A stretch of 64,000 nucleotides of DNA, counting the filler, from Stramenopiles sp. TOSAG23-3 (lineage: Eukaryota): assembly GCA_900128585.1 (NCBI GenBank). It is 8 parts of 8 records of this genome, joined end to end, with 100 filler letters (N's around TTAATTAATTAA, not from the genome) between each part and the next. Parts side by side here need not be neighbours in the genome. Positions count along the whole stretch, not along the records: positions 8,078 to 16,034 come from LT643081.1; positions 16,135 to 24,087 come from LT643082.1; 6 more parts are not named here. One strand, given 5' to 3'. Below the pieces are notes generated by a model. That model did no database searches. It was not told the DNA's origin and saw only the letters and a program-made list of their open reading frames with translations. Positions 9,900 to 21,517 of the stretch are shown here, in pieces (the stretch's first letter is position 1; each line of letters begins with the position of its first letter). The position numbers were made by a program, and so were the translations under genes.

Positions 9900-10946
9900 A
9901 TGGCAGGACAACCCCCTCCAAACATGCAGCAGTCTTTCTACTTCAACCAGGGACCTGGTGCGCAGCAGCCTTATCAGTCTAGACCACCGATGCTCTCGGC
10001 CAATATGGGATATTACCAAGCCCGGCACGTACCACCTCAGCAATACATGCACCCCCACCAACAGCACATGGGACGGCCAATGCACCCGCAGCAACAACGC
10101 TACGCGCCGTACCACTACCCCCGCGATATGCATAACGCTGCGCCCCCTCCCCTGATGCGACCAAACGTGCCCGGGGCTGGAAATTTTCACCAGGCGCGCG
10201 GACAAAATTATGCCGTCCAGGCTCCGCCGCCGTTGAACCAATATTACTCGCAGCCCGTGCAGCAATACGCCCAACGGCAGCCATCGCCAGCGAAATCGCC
10301 ACAGAAACGAGGGAATGGGGGGCAAGGTGCCGTGCGGGGCAATGCAAAAGGGAAGAAAATAGAAAAAACAGTTCGAAATAATAGTGTAGCTGCCACGTCC
10401 GCCAAGGGTGCTGGCGGAGCGAAACCGGAAAAGAAGAAGAAGGAGTCCACGGGCGATAACTCTGGAAAGCTACCGTACATCCCACCAAAATACCGACCCC
10501 CAACGTTAGAAACCGACGAAGAGATCGAGAAGTGGCGGGCCGAGCGACGCAAAAAATGGCCGAGCGATAGCGTCATTAAGCAAAAGATGGAGCTGAAACA
10601 AAAGATGGAAGACAGTGGGAAGCTTCGGGACGACGAGAAAGAAAAGGATGGTAGAATTCTCAACGATAAGAATAGAAAACGGTCTAAAAACAACAAACAG
10701 CAGCAACGACAGGATAAGCAAAACGCAAAACGAAGGAAGGGCGGCAGGACCAACAAAGACCCCAAAGGGGGCAAAAGTGAGCCTACTCTGCTGCAGAAAC
10801 TCCTGAAACAGACCATTGAAAATGAGCAGAGCTTGGTGCTTCAATGCTTGCGGCGGTTTGCGGAGAACGATTTTTACCGCCCCAAAGCAACTGCTGCTTC
10901 TAACGTTGGTGACAAGAAGGAGGACGGAGTTGAGAAGACGCGTTGA
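9900..10946 (+). CDS. NUFIP1: NUFIP1/Rsa1-family box C/D snoRNP assembly factor
   Basis: Signature LETDEEIEKWRAERRKKWPS and C-terminal PTLLQKLL..IENEQSLVLQCLRRFAENDF; P/Q/Y-rich N-terminus. Confidence 0.85.
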   Translation: MAGQPPPNMQQSFYFNQGPGAQQPYQSRPPMLSANMGYYQARHVPPQQYMHPHQQHMGRPMHPQQQRYAPYHYPRDMHNAAPPPLMRPNVPGAGNFHQARGQNYAVQAPPPLNQYYSQPVQQYAQRQPSPAKSPQKRGNGGQGAVRGNAKGKKIEKTVRNNSVAATSAKGAGGAKPEKKKKESTGDNSGKLPYIPPKYRPPTLETDEEIEKWRAERRKKWPSDSVIKQKMELKQKMEDSGKLRDDEKEKDGRILNDKNRKRSKNNKQQQRQDKQNAKRRKGGRTNKDPKGGKSEPTLLQKLLKQTIENEQSLVLQCLRRFAENDFYRPKATAASNVGDKKEDGVEKTR

Positions 10947-11156
10947 GAAGATGTTTTAATGGCGAGGGGAAATCAGGATTAAGAGTTTAAACTAAAAGCC
11001 AATCCTTCAAAATTGTAAAATCTACAGTACTAAACTTGTACTTCGTATGAACTTGTTTTTAGTAGAGTATTATTAGTGCAAAAGTTTAAAGTGTAATTCG
11101 TACGACGACTTGGAGGAGTGTTACACGATAAAGCCCTGCCGCACCTCGCGCGTCGC

Positions 11157-12902
11157 TCAAGCCTTTACGTACATGCCTTTCTGCAGCATCGTGTTGACAA
11201 ACTCCACATCGTTTCTAAGATCCCTGGCTAGTGCAATGCCCTCCCCGCTGCCGTCGGCGGGTCGATTGGGGATTGGTTGCCACCCTGCTTCGAGCTGTTT
11301 GTACGCCGTGTGCTTTGTCCGTTTGTAGTATTCGTTCCGCTTCGTTAACCGTTCCTTCAGCAGCCAGCCCACTATTTGCAGGGTACGCTGCAGCGGCCGG
11401 ATTCTGTCCCCATGATCTTTTAGGAACCGCAAGCATGCTGCTATCCCTCGATCTATAGTGCACCACATCTTTTCTAGCGCTTCAATATTAGGAAGCCAGT
11501 GCCCAGAATGGGACTGCGCATGAGTTGATCCTTGCAAGAAGAACATGCAAAGCCACTCAAACTCGATTTCCTCCCCGATGCTTCCAATTTCCCGCAACGC
11601 TTTCGGGTCCATCGCGTCCCGGGCTTCACGGGCAAGGGCGGGGTCCTGCCTCTCCGTCATTCTCCGCTCGCACTGTTCCAGCCTGGCCGCAATCTTCCGC
11701 GACATGTTGGCCGCGCGCTCGGCCCGAGTCCGGATGTAGTCCCATGTGTCTTTCACCACTACTGCTACGCGGTGAGTGCTCGAGTAGCGCCACGAGGAGC
11801 CCGCCAGAACTGCGTGCTGGTGGTGGTGGTTGAAATCATCGAGCATAAAGTAGCTGTCCTGCCTCTTCAGGGGGACGGCCACGGCAGGGGACGTGCTGTC
11901 GTTTGTCACGCGGGAAGCGATGACCCAGTCGTCGCGGGTCGACCCAGTCACATGATAAACCCCTATGGTGCTGAACTCCTGCAGACTGCTGTCGGCGTGC
12001 CACGAGACACTCATTTTTCCCATTCCAAACGCCGGTTCGTCGCGAAGGGGGAATTTTCGCCCATTGGGCTCCATGTAGTTTATCAACGCTACGTTGTAAT
12101 TGCAGCTTCCCATTTTTGCGTACTTCTTGGCGTGCCGGGTCAGCGCTTTGTTCATCTTCCTTATGGTGCCTATTGCCTTGGAAAGGGCGCTGTTGCCGCG
12201 CTGCTCCCACGGTATGGCAAAAATTCGAAGCTTTTGGTAGTGGTACGTCATCCCTGCATCTCCCAACAACGTCCGCTTGCACATTGTCCCGCTGACGGCA
12301 GCTTTACCTGCTGCGACAACGTCGTGGTGAAATATTACGCCACTCTCCCTCATACACTCTAATGACGCAAGGACTTCGCCATGCAAGTCGCCCGGCAGCG
12401 GCTGTGTCCCAGCATGGAGAAAACCTCGATAACTTTGCTTTACGCAGCCATCAAACTCAGGGTGGTTGGGGTAAAAGAATTTTGAGCCCTTGTCGTGCGG
12501 ATGGTAAGGTTTGGGTGGGCGCGTCTGCTTCAGGGTTGCAGCCCGGCCACGTGGACCTTCCTCGACCGACTTTCCCGCCTTTGAGCCCACTCGGTCCTTC
12601 TGCTTCTTCCTCTTCTTGGACTTTTGTAATACTTGCGACGGCAAAACATTGGGGACCCTCGTCCCTTCCGTCTGGCTGCCCTCCCCGGCGGGGACGACGT
12701 TGCTCTCCCTTTTCTTCTTCTTTTTCTTCTTCTTTTTCTTCTTGCTCTTCGAGGCCAAAGACTCCTGGTCGTTAGAAGCGGTCGCACTCGATGGTTCCGA
12801 ACTATTGCACCTGTGCTTCTTTTTTAACTTTCCCTTCAGGGCTTCCCAGTTGCTAGATCCACCCCCGCCCCCGGGAGCTCGCTTTCGCTTCGGCTTCCCC
12901 AT
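11157..12902 (-). CDS. FTO: FTO-family 2-oxoglutarate/Fe(II) nucleic-acid demethylase
   Basis: MGKMSVSWHAD (HxD), YFMLDDFNHHHQHAVLAG, RYSSTHRV and the C-terminal domain motif EIEFEWL..F..QG all match FTO; first ATG at 12902. Confidence 0.95.
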   Translation of the reverse strand: MGKPKRKRAPGGGGGSSNWEALKGKLKKKHRCNSSEPSSATASNDQESLASKSKKKKKKKKKKKRESNVVPAGEGSQTEGTRVPNVLPSQVLQKSKKRKKQKDRVGSKAGKSVEEGPRGRAATLKQTRPPKPYHPHDKGSKFFYPNHPEFDGCVKQSYRGFLHAGTQPLPGDLHGEVLASLECMRESGVIFHHDVVAAGKAAVSGTMCKRTLLGDAGMTYHYQKLRIFAIPWEQRGNSALSKAIGTIRKMNKALTRHAKKYAKMGSCNYNVALINYMEPNGRKFPLRDEPAFGMGKMSVSWHADSSLQEFSTIGVYHVTGSTRDDWVIASRVTNDSTSPAVAVPLKRQDSYFMLDDFNHHHQHAVLAGSSWRYSSTHRVAVVVKDTWDYIRTRAERAANMSRKIAARLEQCERRMTERQDPALAREARDAMDPKALREIGSIGEEIEFEWLCMFFLQGSTHAQSHSGHWLPNIEALEKMWCTIDRGIAACLRFLKDHGDRIRPLQRTLQIVGWLLKERLTKRNEYYKRTKHTAYKQLEAGWQPIPNRPADGSGEGIALARDLRNDVEFVNTMLQKGMYVKA

Positions 12903-14297
12903 AGAGGACACGAGCCGCGTCAGCTCGTTCGCAACGGTGAACGCGTCCGCTGCTTCGCCGGCGCTCCCGGGCGCGTTCAGTCTAAAATCAGGTTTCGTCC
13001 AAGTTTCCCGCTTTCCGCGGCACAGGTGCGCTTATTGAGTAAAAGTAAACTAGGAACCTACCCTGTAAAAAAAGGATGTAAATCTTTTACGCATGATATT
13101 TATTGCTCTTTTCGTTCAGAGGTGGACCATTATCTTGCAAAGACCGTTCTGCTGGCCCTCTCCTCTCTTTTTTTAATCATTACCCTTCCTTCCAAAGCAT
13201 CGGAACGGAGGAGGAATCGTTTTTTTGGGGAACATTTAATATATATATAGGTAAAAAAAATAAGTACAATTATTGGGATATTTATCCTATCCGCTGTTTT
13301 TGTGATTCGGCCTTTTTTGACATTCGACCCTTAAATAAAATAATGCTCTCCCTCTCTACACACGAATAATGGGTTTTTCCCATTAAAGGGTCTTTTTTTT
13401 GAAATAATCCCACTAAAGGGGGGTCTTTTTCCAAATTGTTGTAATTCTTTAAGAAAAATTATGTACTTACCGTTCTATTATAGAAAGTAATGGGATTAAA
13501 GCCATTGACGACGACGATGCCGACAATTTTATCCTGTCAGGAGAGACGGCAGCACCGATCGAAACCAAACTGACCAGAGCAAGTTTTCAAGAATTGGAAG
13601 AGGCCAACGCCGACAGCGACTACATATCGTATTTTAGAGTTCGCTGACATCCCGCTTCGCGAACGAAAATTGGTAGTTCTCGCAATGGCCATGATACCGA
13701 ACCAGCCCACAATGGTGCAGTACGACTTCAACAGTCTAAAGGCACAGGGCAAGAAGCATGCAGCCGAATCTTGCCGTAAAGCAAACAGGATGACTGGGCA
13801 ACACCTTGTGGGTAGGCAGAGGCACGAGGACAGATACCCGCAAGACGCATGGCCGGAGGGGGCGGGTAATCATCCGTCAAGTAGCCGACCCATGAGCAAC
13901 AGACCCCCATGGGACAATTGGCAGGGGGGACAGAACAGCAGAATGGAGGATATGTGGAACGGGAGAGAAAATGGGGTTAGGAATATAGACCAATGGAGGT
14001 ACGAGGGTAGCGGGCGGGGCGTCCCCGGAAACATGTTCGGTAAGTATGGCCCCACTCCCTCCCCTTCTCTTAACGCGAGTCCAGGCAGGATATGGTATAG
14101 AATCCTAGCAAAATGCAAATCGTACCAAGGCCAGTTGATTGTTAGAGTCGGTTTGGTTTGCTTTGGCTAGATCGTTTTGGTTTACTCTGCTGGGGTCAGT
14201 CGTTTCTGTAACTCATCATCGTATACCTTTTTCCCCTTGTCATCTGATATTTTATTATTATTATTTTACCAACAATATTTATTATTATTAGGAGTGA

Positions 14298-14354
14298 AAG
14301 GGACGGGACAAGGGACGGGATAAGGGACGGGACAAGGGACGGGACAAGGGACGG
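14298..14354 (+). repeat. 12-nt tandem repeat (AAGGGACGGGAC)x~4.7, G-quadruplex-capable
   Basis: Directly visible tandem units, with one C>T variant. Confidence 0.9.
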
Positions 14355-15611
14355 TAAACACTGATATAGACGGATATTGTTCCAGCAGCTGTGAAGGAAT
14401 GTTTCAAAGAATCTCCATACCTCCGGTGTATGTTTAATTTCAGTAACATATCTAAATGCAAATGGTGCAGTTGTAAGAACAGGAAGATATGACCATTCGA
14501 ATAGAATAGTCAGGATATTGAAGGCTATTAAACCAGAAGATATTGTAAACTGGTTTAATTATTTGGGATATTAAGCCCCCGGAAAGCCCAGATATTAAGT
14601 TAGTTGTTAAGTTAGCAGAAGCAAATGCTATGACTAATAGCTTGAAAGCAGAACTAAAAGCTACGACTAAATGCCTTGCTGCTACTGAGAAAACAAATCT
14701 TCATCTCGCAAAGGTACACACTGAGGCGAAAATCAAACTTGCAAACACACTTGCAAAACAAAAAGAAGGCTTGAATGAAATAAACAAGCAAAGGAAAGTC
14801 CTTGCAAAACGTGAAATTGAAATTGTGTTACTGAATGAACTGAAAGCAAAATTTAATTCCCTGGTCTGTTAATAGCAGTAATTATGACGTTATTACATAT
14901 ATTTTTTCTATACTGTGCTTTTATGTACTACAATGTAATCACGGATGAGTTGGATACAATAATAATCCACTCATTATGTATCGTGTGCCATCATGCATTC
15001 ATGCGTATCAAGTGGACCTTCGTGGGAGTCTGAGGCGCTTCATACGAGGGAATAGCACTAATATAATGGTATGTCTATAGTAGTAAAAATTTAGTATATT
15101 TTTAAGGGTCGAATGTCAAAAAAGGCCAATCACAAAAACAGCGGATGGGATAAATATGCCACAATTATTAGTGGTAGGTAGGTAGGTAGNNNNNNNNNNN
15201 NNNNNNNNNNNNNNNNNNNNNNNNNNNNNNNNNNNNNNTAAATCGCCCGTTTCACCAAAAATTATCCCTAGGAACCACATTTCCAAGTCATTTGAGGGCA
15301 AACAATTTATAAACGTTTGTTCACGCGCGGCCGTCGTGACAGGAGCGCTCGCCTGATCTAAACTTATGTAGTTAGGCGTCCCCCTTGCTCTCATTTGTCA
15401 TTTTCTGCCCGAAAGCTTCTATACTTTGAAAATCGAGTCGGATTTTTTTTCGCGCCAAGGACACTGAACACTTTATTAAACAGCTGTCTACCATGGAAAA
15501 AAAAACAACGACGGTCGTGTTTCTTCATTTTTTAAGAAAATGGGAATTTTGTTATTTTTTGTTGTAAGTTTGTGTTGAAATAAATTTCTTTCATTTTTAC
15601 ACCGAAAAGAA

Positions 15612-15935
15612 ATGTTAATTTATTTTAAGAGATCCTGTGTTAATGTAAAATACCGATTGCTAAAACAAAAAGAAGAAACAAAAAAATTGCAAAAGAACAA
15701 TTGTTGTTGGTACATTGAAACAAAAGTTGGTTCTTTTGTTTTATGCTGTGTATATGTATTTTGCTTTTACCAAAATATATTCTCTGTTGTAACTTTTGTG
15801 TTGGAATATATTTCTTTCATTTTAATGACGAAGAGGCATGTTAATTTATTTTAATGAATGCTGTGTAGATGTATAATACCGATTGCAAACACAAAAACAG
15901 AAAACAAACAAAATGCAAAGGAAGAATTGTTGTTG
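15612..15935 (+). repeat. Degenerate direct duplication (about 226-nt period)
   Basis: ATGTTAATTTATTTTAA...AATACCGATTGC...AATTGTTGTTG occurs at about 15612-15710 and about 15838-15935. Confidence 0.7.
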
Positions 15936-16034
15936 TAAGCGGAATTGTTATAATTAGAAACATACGAAGCGCACACATACACTCGTTTATCTTGTCTTCC
16001 CCTGTTATCTTTTCCATGTCATTGTTGTCGAAAG

Positions 16035-16134
16035 NNNNNNNNNNNNNNNNNNNNNNNNNNNNNNNNNNNNNNNNNNNNTTAATTAATTAANNNNNNNNNN
16101 NNNNNNNNNNNNNNNNNNNNNNNNNNNNNNNNNN
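16035..16134. other. Artificial contig-joining linker
   Basis: 44N-TTAATTAATTAA-44N. Confidence 0.98.
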
Positions 16135-16136
16135 CG

Positions 16137-17126
16137 AGCTTGAGCAACAACGACAACCTGTACGTGACCATGGACTCTTACAATGTGAAGATCACGGGGA
16201 GCGGGGGGGTGGAAACGGAAATCGACCAGAAGGCGTCGACCGTGTTCCACGTGATTAACAAGGGCAAAAAAACGGTCTATTTCGTGGTCAATCCACTCGT
16301 TGAGAAGGACGCAATGAACGATTCTTACGAAATCAATTTCGACGTGGAAGACAGCAGCGCCCTGGCGTTCGTTGGGGACGACGACGTCAACCATGGGAAA
16401 GGGTTTGTCTGCGTGAAGAAGCACGAAGCCGTGTCGCTGGTCGTCTCGTTCACCGCGCGGGACGGGGACTTGGACGTTTTTGTACCGTTCGAAGTCTCGG
16501 TCGTTTGCGGGCCGAAAATGCTCGGCGTGGTCTCTGCGCGAGTCGCGAAGTCGTACTTTGGAGTGAACCCCCAAAAGCTACCGGTTCAAACGTTGCCGAG
16601 CGGGCACCTTATACCGAAAGTGCTGGTGGACATGCGCCGCTACCTGGTGGAGAATGGCGGGTTGGACCAGGAAGGGATTTTCCGGCTGGCCGCCGACGAG
16701 GTGGAAATGGCAGAAGTGCGTCGCAAGCTGAACCAAAACCGCTTCGAGTCGTGCAAGGACATAAATTGCATTTCCACCCTGATAAAGGTATGGTTCCGAA
16801 AGCTGCCCAAGCAGCTGTTTGGCTCTATCGACCCCGAGCTCGTGTTGAAGTGCAAGTCCGAGGAAGATGCCTTGGGGATTTACAATCAAATAGACAGTCC
16901 GTACTACCGGGGCATAATTCTGTGGCTGCTCGATTTGATGGGGGAAGTTGCGGCTTGCCAAGACAAAAACAAAATGAGTGTACAGAACTGCGCGATTGTG
17001 ATGGGGCCCAACCTGTTTTCTACCGACCAAGTTTCAAACCCTATGCAGGCCCTTATGATTGCCCAAAAATCCGTAGGCCTGCTAAAATTTTTGATTGAGT
17101 GGCGGATGAAAGACACGGCGTCGTGA
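16137..17126 (+). CDS. RhoGAP domain protein, 5'-truncated by contig end
   Basis: FGV...IPKVL...GLDQEGIFRL (arginine finger), LIKVWFRKLP, NKMSVQNCAIVMGPNL; the frame is open to the linker. Confidence 0.93.
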   Translation, partial: SLSNNDNLYVTMDSYNVKITGSGGVETEIDQKASTVFHVINKGKKTVYFVVNPLVEKDAMNDSYEINFDVEDSSALAFVGDDDVNHGKGFVCVKKHEAVSLVVSFTARDGDLDVFVPFEVSVVCGPKMLGVVSARVAKSYFGVNPQKLPVQTLPSGHLIPKVLVDMRRYLVENGGLDQEGIFRLAADEVEMAEVRRKLNQNRFESCKDINCISTLIKVWFRKLPKQLFGSIDPELVLKCKSEEDALGIYNQIDSPYYRGIILWLLDLMGEVAACQDKNKMSVQNCAIVMGPNLFSTDQVSNPMQALMIAQKSVGLLKFLIEWRMKDTAS

Positions 17127-18685
17127 CGAGCGGAAAGGTCGTGCGGGGGTACCGTCGTGGTTGCATTGTTTTTTGACGTTTGTATATATATGTATTTTAT
17201 GAGCTCGGGGGGGACAACGATCTCGGTTCACTTCAAACGGGGTCGTCGTGGACACGTCTGGCGCAGTATTTAGCTCGCAAGAAATTCTTGAGGAAAAGAT
17301 CAAGATCGAAAAGTAAACGTTTTTGCTTTACAAAAGTTGTAAATTGATACCCTTAGTTGTAGATTGATTCTTGTTATTTCAGCTCTTCATTGTTTGTTGT
17401 ATTGCTTTTCCATAGTATTATTATTCTTCTACCAGGGAATTAGGTACCGGTACACCGGTACCGTACCGTAGTACGTGAATGAGAATTAGATGAAAGTGAT
17501 GTACTTGGTACGTACGGTAGTATTAATAGTAATAGAAGAAAAATATAATGGCCAAACCGACCACGACTTGAGCCTTGAGCCTTGAGCCAAGCCAAGCTGC
17601 CTCAGTCAAGTACCAGTAATGACTGGTAGGTAGACTACGAGGAGACTAACTCTGTTCAAGATCCAAGAATCAAATTAAATAGTCCATCCTGTCATCCTGT
17701 TATGTTATGTTAGACTTGCTTTAAATTATTTAACCATTTAGATAAACAATGATTGCTTCGTGAATACAATATATTAAATATCATACGTCCTCGTAGTCGT
17801 CCTCGTTGTTTTTTTTTTATTTTATTATTTTTTTTGTTCTTTTGTTCTTTCTTTCTTCTTTTAATTTATTTATTATACAAGTATATTATGCGTTTTAGTC
17901 GTCCATATGCTATTTGAAGGCGGTTTCAGAGAATAAAATGTCAGGATATCCTATTTAATTTAGTCTATATAAGTACAGTATAATAAATAATATTATTAAA
18001 TAAACTTTGCTGATCCTACTTTGCTGATCCTAGTCTAGGCTAGGTTTCCAGTTTATTTTTTTGTTTATTTATTCGTTTATTTATTTTCTTGTGCTAGTCT
18101 AGTCTATTCAATGTTAGTAAATAAAAAGCAAAAAATGAACTGTAACTATATATGTTCTTTTATACTTATAATAATTATTATATATACTATTGAATATGAA
18201 ATACCTATTTAATACAACAATACGTATCTTCCATCTCCACTTCATTAGTTCTCTCGGACTTCTTGTATATTAAGGATAATATATAAATACATTATATATT
18301 ATTTACATTTTATTCCTATTTGTTATATATATATCTTTATACTGTTAATACTTAATAAAGAAAAAAAATAAGTTACCTCTTATAACGCAATTTTATTAAC
18401 TAAAAAAAACTCGAAAAGAAAAAGAGAAGAAGCAAAAGATGATGAAGAACACGCAAGAAAGGAAGGAACGGAACAATGGAATGAACGATTTCGATGGATT
18501 ACTTAGATAGATATATACTTACATTTTACAACTTATTTGACAGCTAAGTCATTCTTACAGTGAAAGAGTTTAACATTGCATAGATACATATATATTAAGA
18601 ATTGCAAGGTATACAGTTGTATTATTGCATAGCAAGCTTTTGTTTGTGGAACAGTCAGTACTTTTTATTTTGTTAAAACTCGAGT

Positions 18686-21517
18686 ATGGCAGGTTTCACC
18701 AGTGACAGAAGCCTGGGGAATTACCCTTCGCCACCCAGTTACAACCCGTCGGTTGGCGGTTATGTAGAACAGGCAGTGTACGGGGGACAGGCAGAGTACA
18801 TGGGAGAAATGCACGATGGAGGGTACCATGGAGATGGTGGCATGGAATCCGACGCGATGCAGAAATCGGCGGAAGAGCACTTGGAAGATATGAGTAAAAA
18901 GCCCGCCCACCAGCGCCGGTTCTCGCAGTCGTCGTTTCCCCACGCGTACCAAGGCTCTCCGCAAAAGCAGGAATTGGACGGTTTTGGTGACCCCATCGAG
19001 AACCCCGACGAGGCAAGGTTCACAGAGTGGTCGAGCCGTTTGAGGGACGAGCTGAACGAAATGACCCACTCAATCAAGACCACCGCAGATACGCTGCAGC
19101 GTATCAAAGATGGCAGCCACGACGACGAGGGCGGCTTCGGCGGCCTCTCTGCCGACGGCCATATGTACGGCCCAAAGTACAACCATGATCTTATCAAAGA
19201 AGTTCTTGGCCCATTGTACGACGGGGGCGTCATGTGGAAAAAAGGCGGAGGGACCGGCCCTTTCAATAGAAGGAACTGGAAAGAGCGCTACTTCGTCTTA
19301 GACGTCGAAAGCCACCCGAACGAACCGAAAATTTCCTACTTCGCCTCCCGGAAGGCCCACCAAAACAACGAGAGACCGAAAGGGTCGCTTCACCTGAATA
19401 TAGAAAGCCACTGCGAGATCGACATGAACCCACGGGAAAGGAAGAACAAGGCCGTAAAGAACAAAACCGGGCTTCATATTTCCGCTAGCACGGACGATGG
19501 GCAAAAGCGGACGTTCATGCTGATGGTGGACTCACTCTCAGAGGCGAATGCGTGGAAGGATGTCGTCAAGCACATCGTCAAGCAGCTCCAACAGTACGAC
19601 GACTACAGCATGGGGATCCAGCGGCAGTCCATGTTTGGCGAGGGAGCGATGCCAGGGCACCTGAGTGGCCAGGAGTCCGAAAACGATGAGGAAAAGGAAG
19701 AGATGAAGCAAAGAGAAAAGGACCAGGCGCAGAACTGCACCGCTCGCGGCGGTGCGTTGTACGAGGCCACCGTTGGGGAACAGATGGACTTTTCCATTGA
19801 AGTAAACCACCCGCTGTCCCAAGAAAAGGTTCACACGGCAGAGGCGACCATGATGGACCAAAGTTTCTTCGTAACGCTGATGACTATTGACGAGGACGAA
19901 GTGGAAGCGGACCTAGACGGCGACGAGGAAGAGGACCCCGACAAAGTCGAAGAAAAGATGCGGCAAAAGTTCGATGAGATGGAGTTAGATTATTCGAAAG
20001 TTGGGAAGGGCCACCTCCACTACGACCTGCACCCGATATGGGACGACGACGAGGAGGTGTTCAAAGTGAAGTACACCGTCTCTCGCGTGGGCCACTACCG
20101 TCTCAAGATCCTGTACGAAGGCCATCACATTTACGGGAGCCCGTTTCACCTCGTGGCCTTGCCGGGGGAAACGTTCGCAAAGATGTCGATCGCCTCGGGG
20201 CCCGGCATTCTCTTTGCCAACCCTCGTGCCGTGAACACGTTTACCATCGAAGCCAGGGACAAAATGGGAAACCAGCGTGGCAAAGGTGGGGACGCGTTTT
20301 TCGTGGAGTACGTTGGCGCTGCCATTGGGAACGGTGAACAGGTGGGGGAGGAGAACCTCTTTCGCCCTACTGACAATGGGGATGGAACGTACACGTGCCA
20401 GTACAACGTTGACATCGAGAAGTCCCGCACCATGCTCCGCCCAAACATTGAAATCAACATCCGCATTGACGATGGGTCCCACTTCCAAACCAGCACGCTG
20501 GATACCCTGCAAGAGTGGCAGATGACGTATGGAGACGAGGAGTGGGATGAGAACCAAGAGGTAGACGAAAACGGGGATCCAGTGAGGAAAAGAATCGAAC
20601 GCCCGGCGTGGTACGTTCAGATTCAAGGCAGCCCGTACTTGCCCCCCATTCGCGCAAACATGCCGGACCACTTGCTAGACCACAGCAGCGCCGTTAACCC
20701 TGCTCAGCTGAGCAAGATTTACAAAGGGCACTCTCAGCTGGAAAAGGCGCAGATGGAGACGATGTGGAACTCGCAGCGAAGCAACACCTCGCCTTCGTCC
20801 AGGTTCGACGGGTTTCCAAAGGTCTCCTACGAACAGCAGCAGGCTCCCCCCTCGGAGGGGAACATGCAAGCCTTGCTGAGCGACCCAAGCGGCGGAAGGT
20901 TTCAGAGCTCTGTGCACGCCCAGCGCGAGGCTGCGCTGGCCGAGAGGGAATTGAAACTTCGCCAGCAGGAAGAAGTTTTGCGCACCCAAGCCCGCCAAGT
21001 GGACGAGCAGAAGGCTAGAATGGACGACCAAATGAGCCAAATTCAAATGATGGGGTCCCAAGTTAGCGAGTCTGCACTGAGTGCAAGGTCGCCGATGACT
21101 ACGCCAAGCGCGTCCCGGGTTGGTCGCTCCCAAGCTCCCCTAAATAGTGACTCCGAGTGCGACGCCCTCTTCGCTCGGTTTTCCCAGCCCCTTAATATAG
21201 TTTTCAAGCACTACGGAGCGGGTGGTAGTATGACGTTAGACCAATATGTGCGCCTTGGACTAGATTATGATTTGTATCCAACCTTCTTGAACAAAGCAGA
21301 GTTGAAGAAATTTTTTGTGCAAGCTTCTCAGGGAAGCCAAAGCTTGTCGTACGAAGGTTTCGTAGACGCCTTGCGAATTACGGCAGTCAACGCACTCTCG
21401 AAGAAAACGTTTAAAAACCTGTACCCAACGGATGCGTCCAAAGTACACGTTATGCTAAGTTTGTGGGGGCTCGGTGATCCATTAAAATTGGAACAATTAA
21501 AATCTAGACGCCGGTAA
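18686..21517 (+). CDS. PH domain + filamin/ABP280 Ig repeats + coiled coil + EF-hand-like C-terminus
   Basis: PH: GVMWKKGG..RNWKERYFVL...EANAWKDVV. Filamin: YTVSRVGHYRLKI..HIYGSPF, FTIEARDKMGN..GGD.F, DNGDGTYTCQY. Helical EF-like tail. Confidence 0.88.
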   Translation: MAGFTSDRSLGNYPSPPSYNPSVGGYVEQAVYGGQAEYMGEMHDGGYHGDGGMESDAMQKSAEEHLEDMSKKPAHQRRFSQSSFPHAYQGSPQKQELDGFGDPIENPDEARFTEWSSRLRDELNEMTHSIKTTADTLQRIKDGSHDDEGGFGGLSADGHMYGPKYNHDLIKEVLGPLYDGGVMWKKGGGTGPFNRRNWKERYFVLDVESHPNEPKISYFASRKAHQNNERPKGSLHLNIESHCEIDMNPRERKNKAVKNKTGLHISASTDDGQKRTFMLMVDSLSEANAWKDVVKHIVKQLQQYDDYSMGIQRQSMFGEGAMPGHLSGQESENDEEKEEMKQREKDQAQNCTARGGALYEATVGEQMDFSIEVNHPLSQEKVHTAEATMMDQSFFVTLMTIDEDEVEADLDGDEEEDPDKVEEKMRQKFDEMELDYSKVGKGHLHYDLHPIWDDDEEVFKVKYTVSRVGHYRLKILYEGHHIYGSPFHLVALPGETFAKMSIASGPGILFANPRAVNTFTIEARDKMGNQRGKGGDAFFVEYVGAAIGNGEQVGEENLFRPTDNGDGTYTCQYNVDIEKSRTMLRPNIEINIRIDDGSHFQTSTLDTLQEWQMTYGDEEWDENQEVDENGDPVRKRIERPAWYVQIQGSPYLPPIRANMPDHLLDHSSAVNPAQLSKIYKGHSQLEKAQMETMWNSQRSNTSPSSRFDGFPKVSYEQQQAPPSEGNMQALLSDPSGGRFQSSVHAQREAALAERELKLRQQEEVLRTQARQVDEQKARMDDQMSQIQMMGSQVSESALSARSPMTTPSASRVGRSQAPLNSDSECDALFARFSQPLNIVFKHYGAGGSMTLDQYVRLGLDYDLYPTFLNKAELKKFFVQASQGSQSLSYEGFVDALRITAVNALSKKTFKNLYPTDASKVHVMLSLWGLGDPLKLEQLKSRRR

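Noticed and set aside
13670-14170. 166-aa ORF as a confident gene
   Set aside because: TTG start, no recognisable domain, and it lies in a degenerate gapped region; it may be an exon fragment or relic but cannot be supported.
14298-14354. Tandem repeat as CRISPR array or telomere
   Set aside because: There are no unique spacers, the unit is not a telomeric repeat, and it is not at a contig end.
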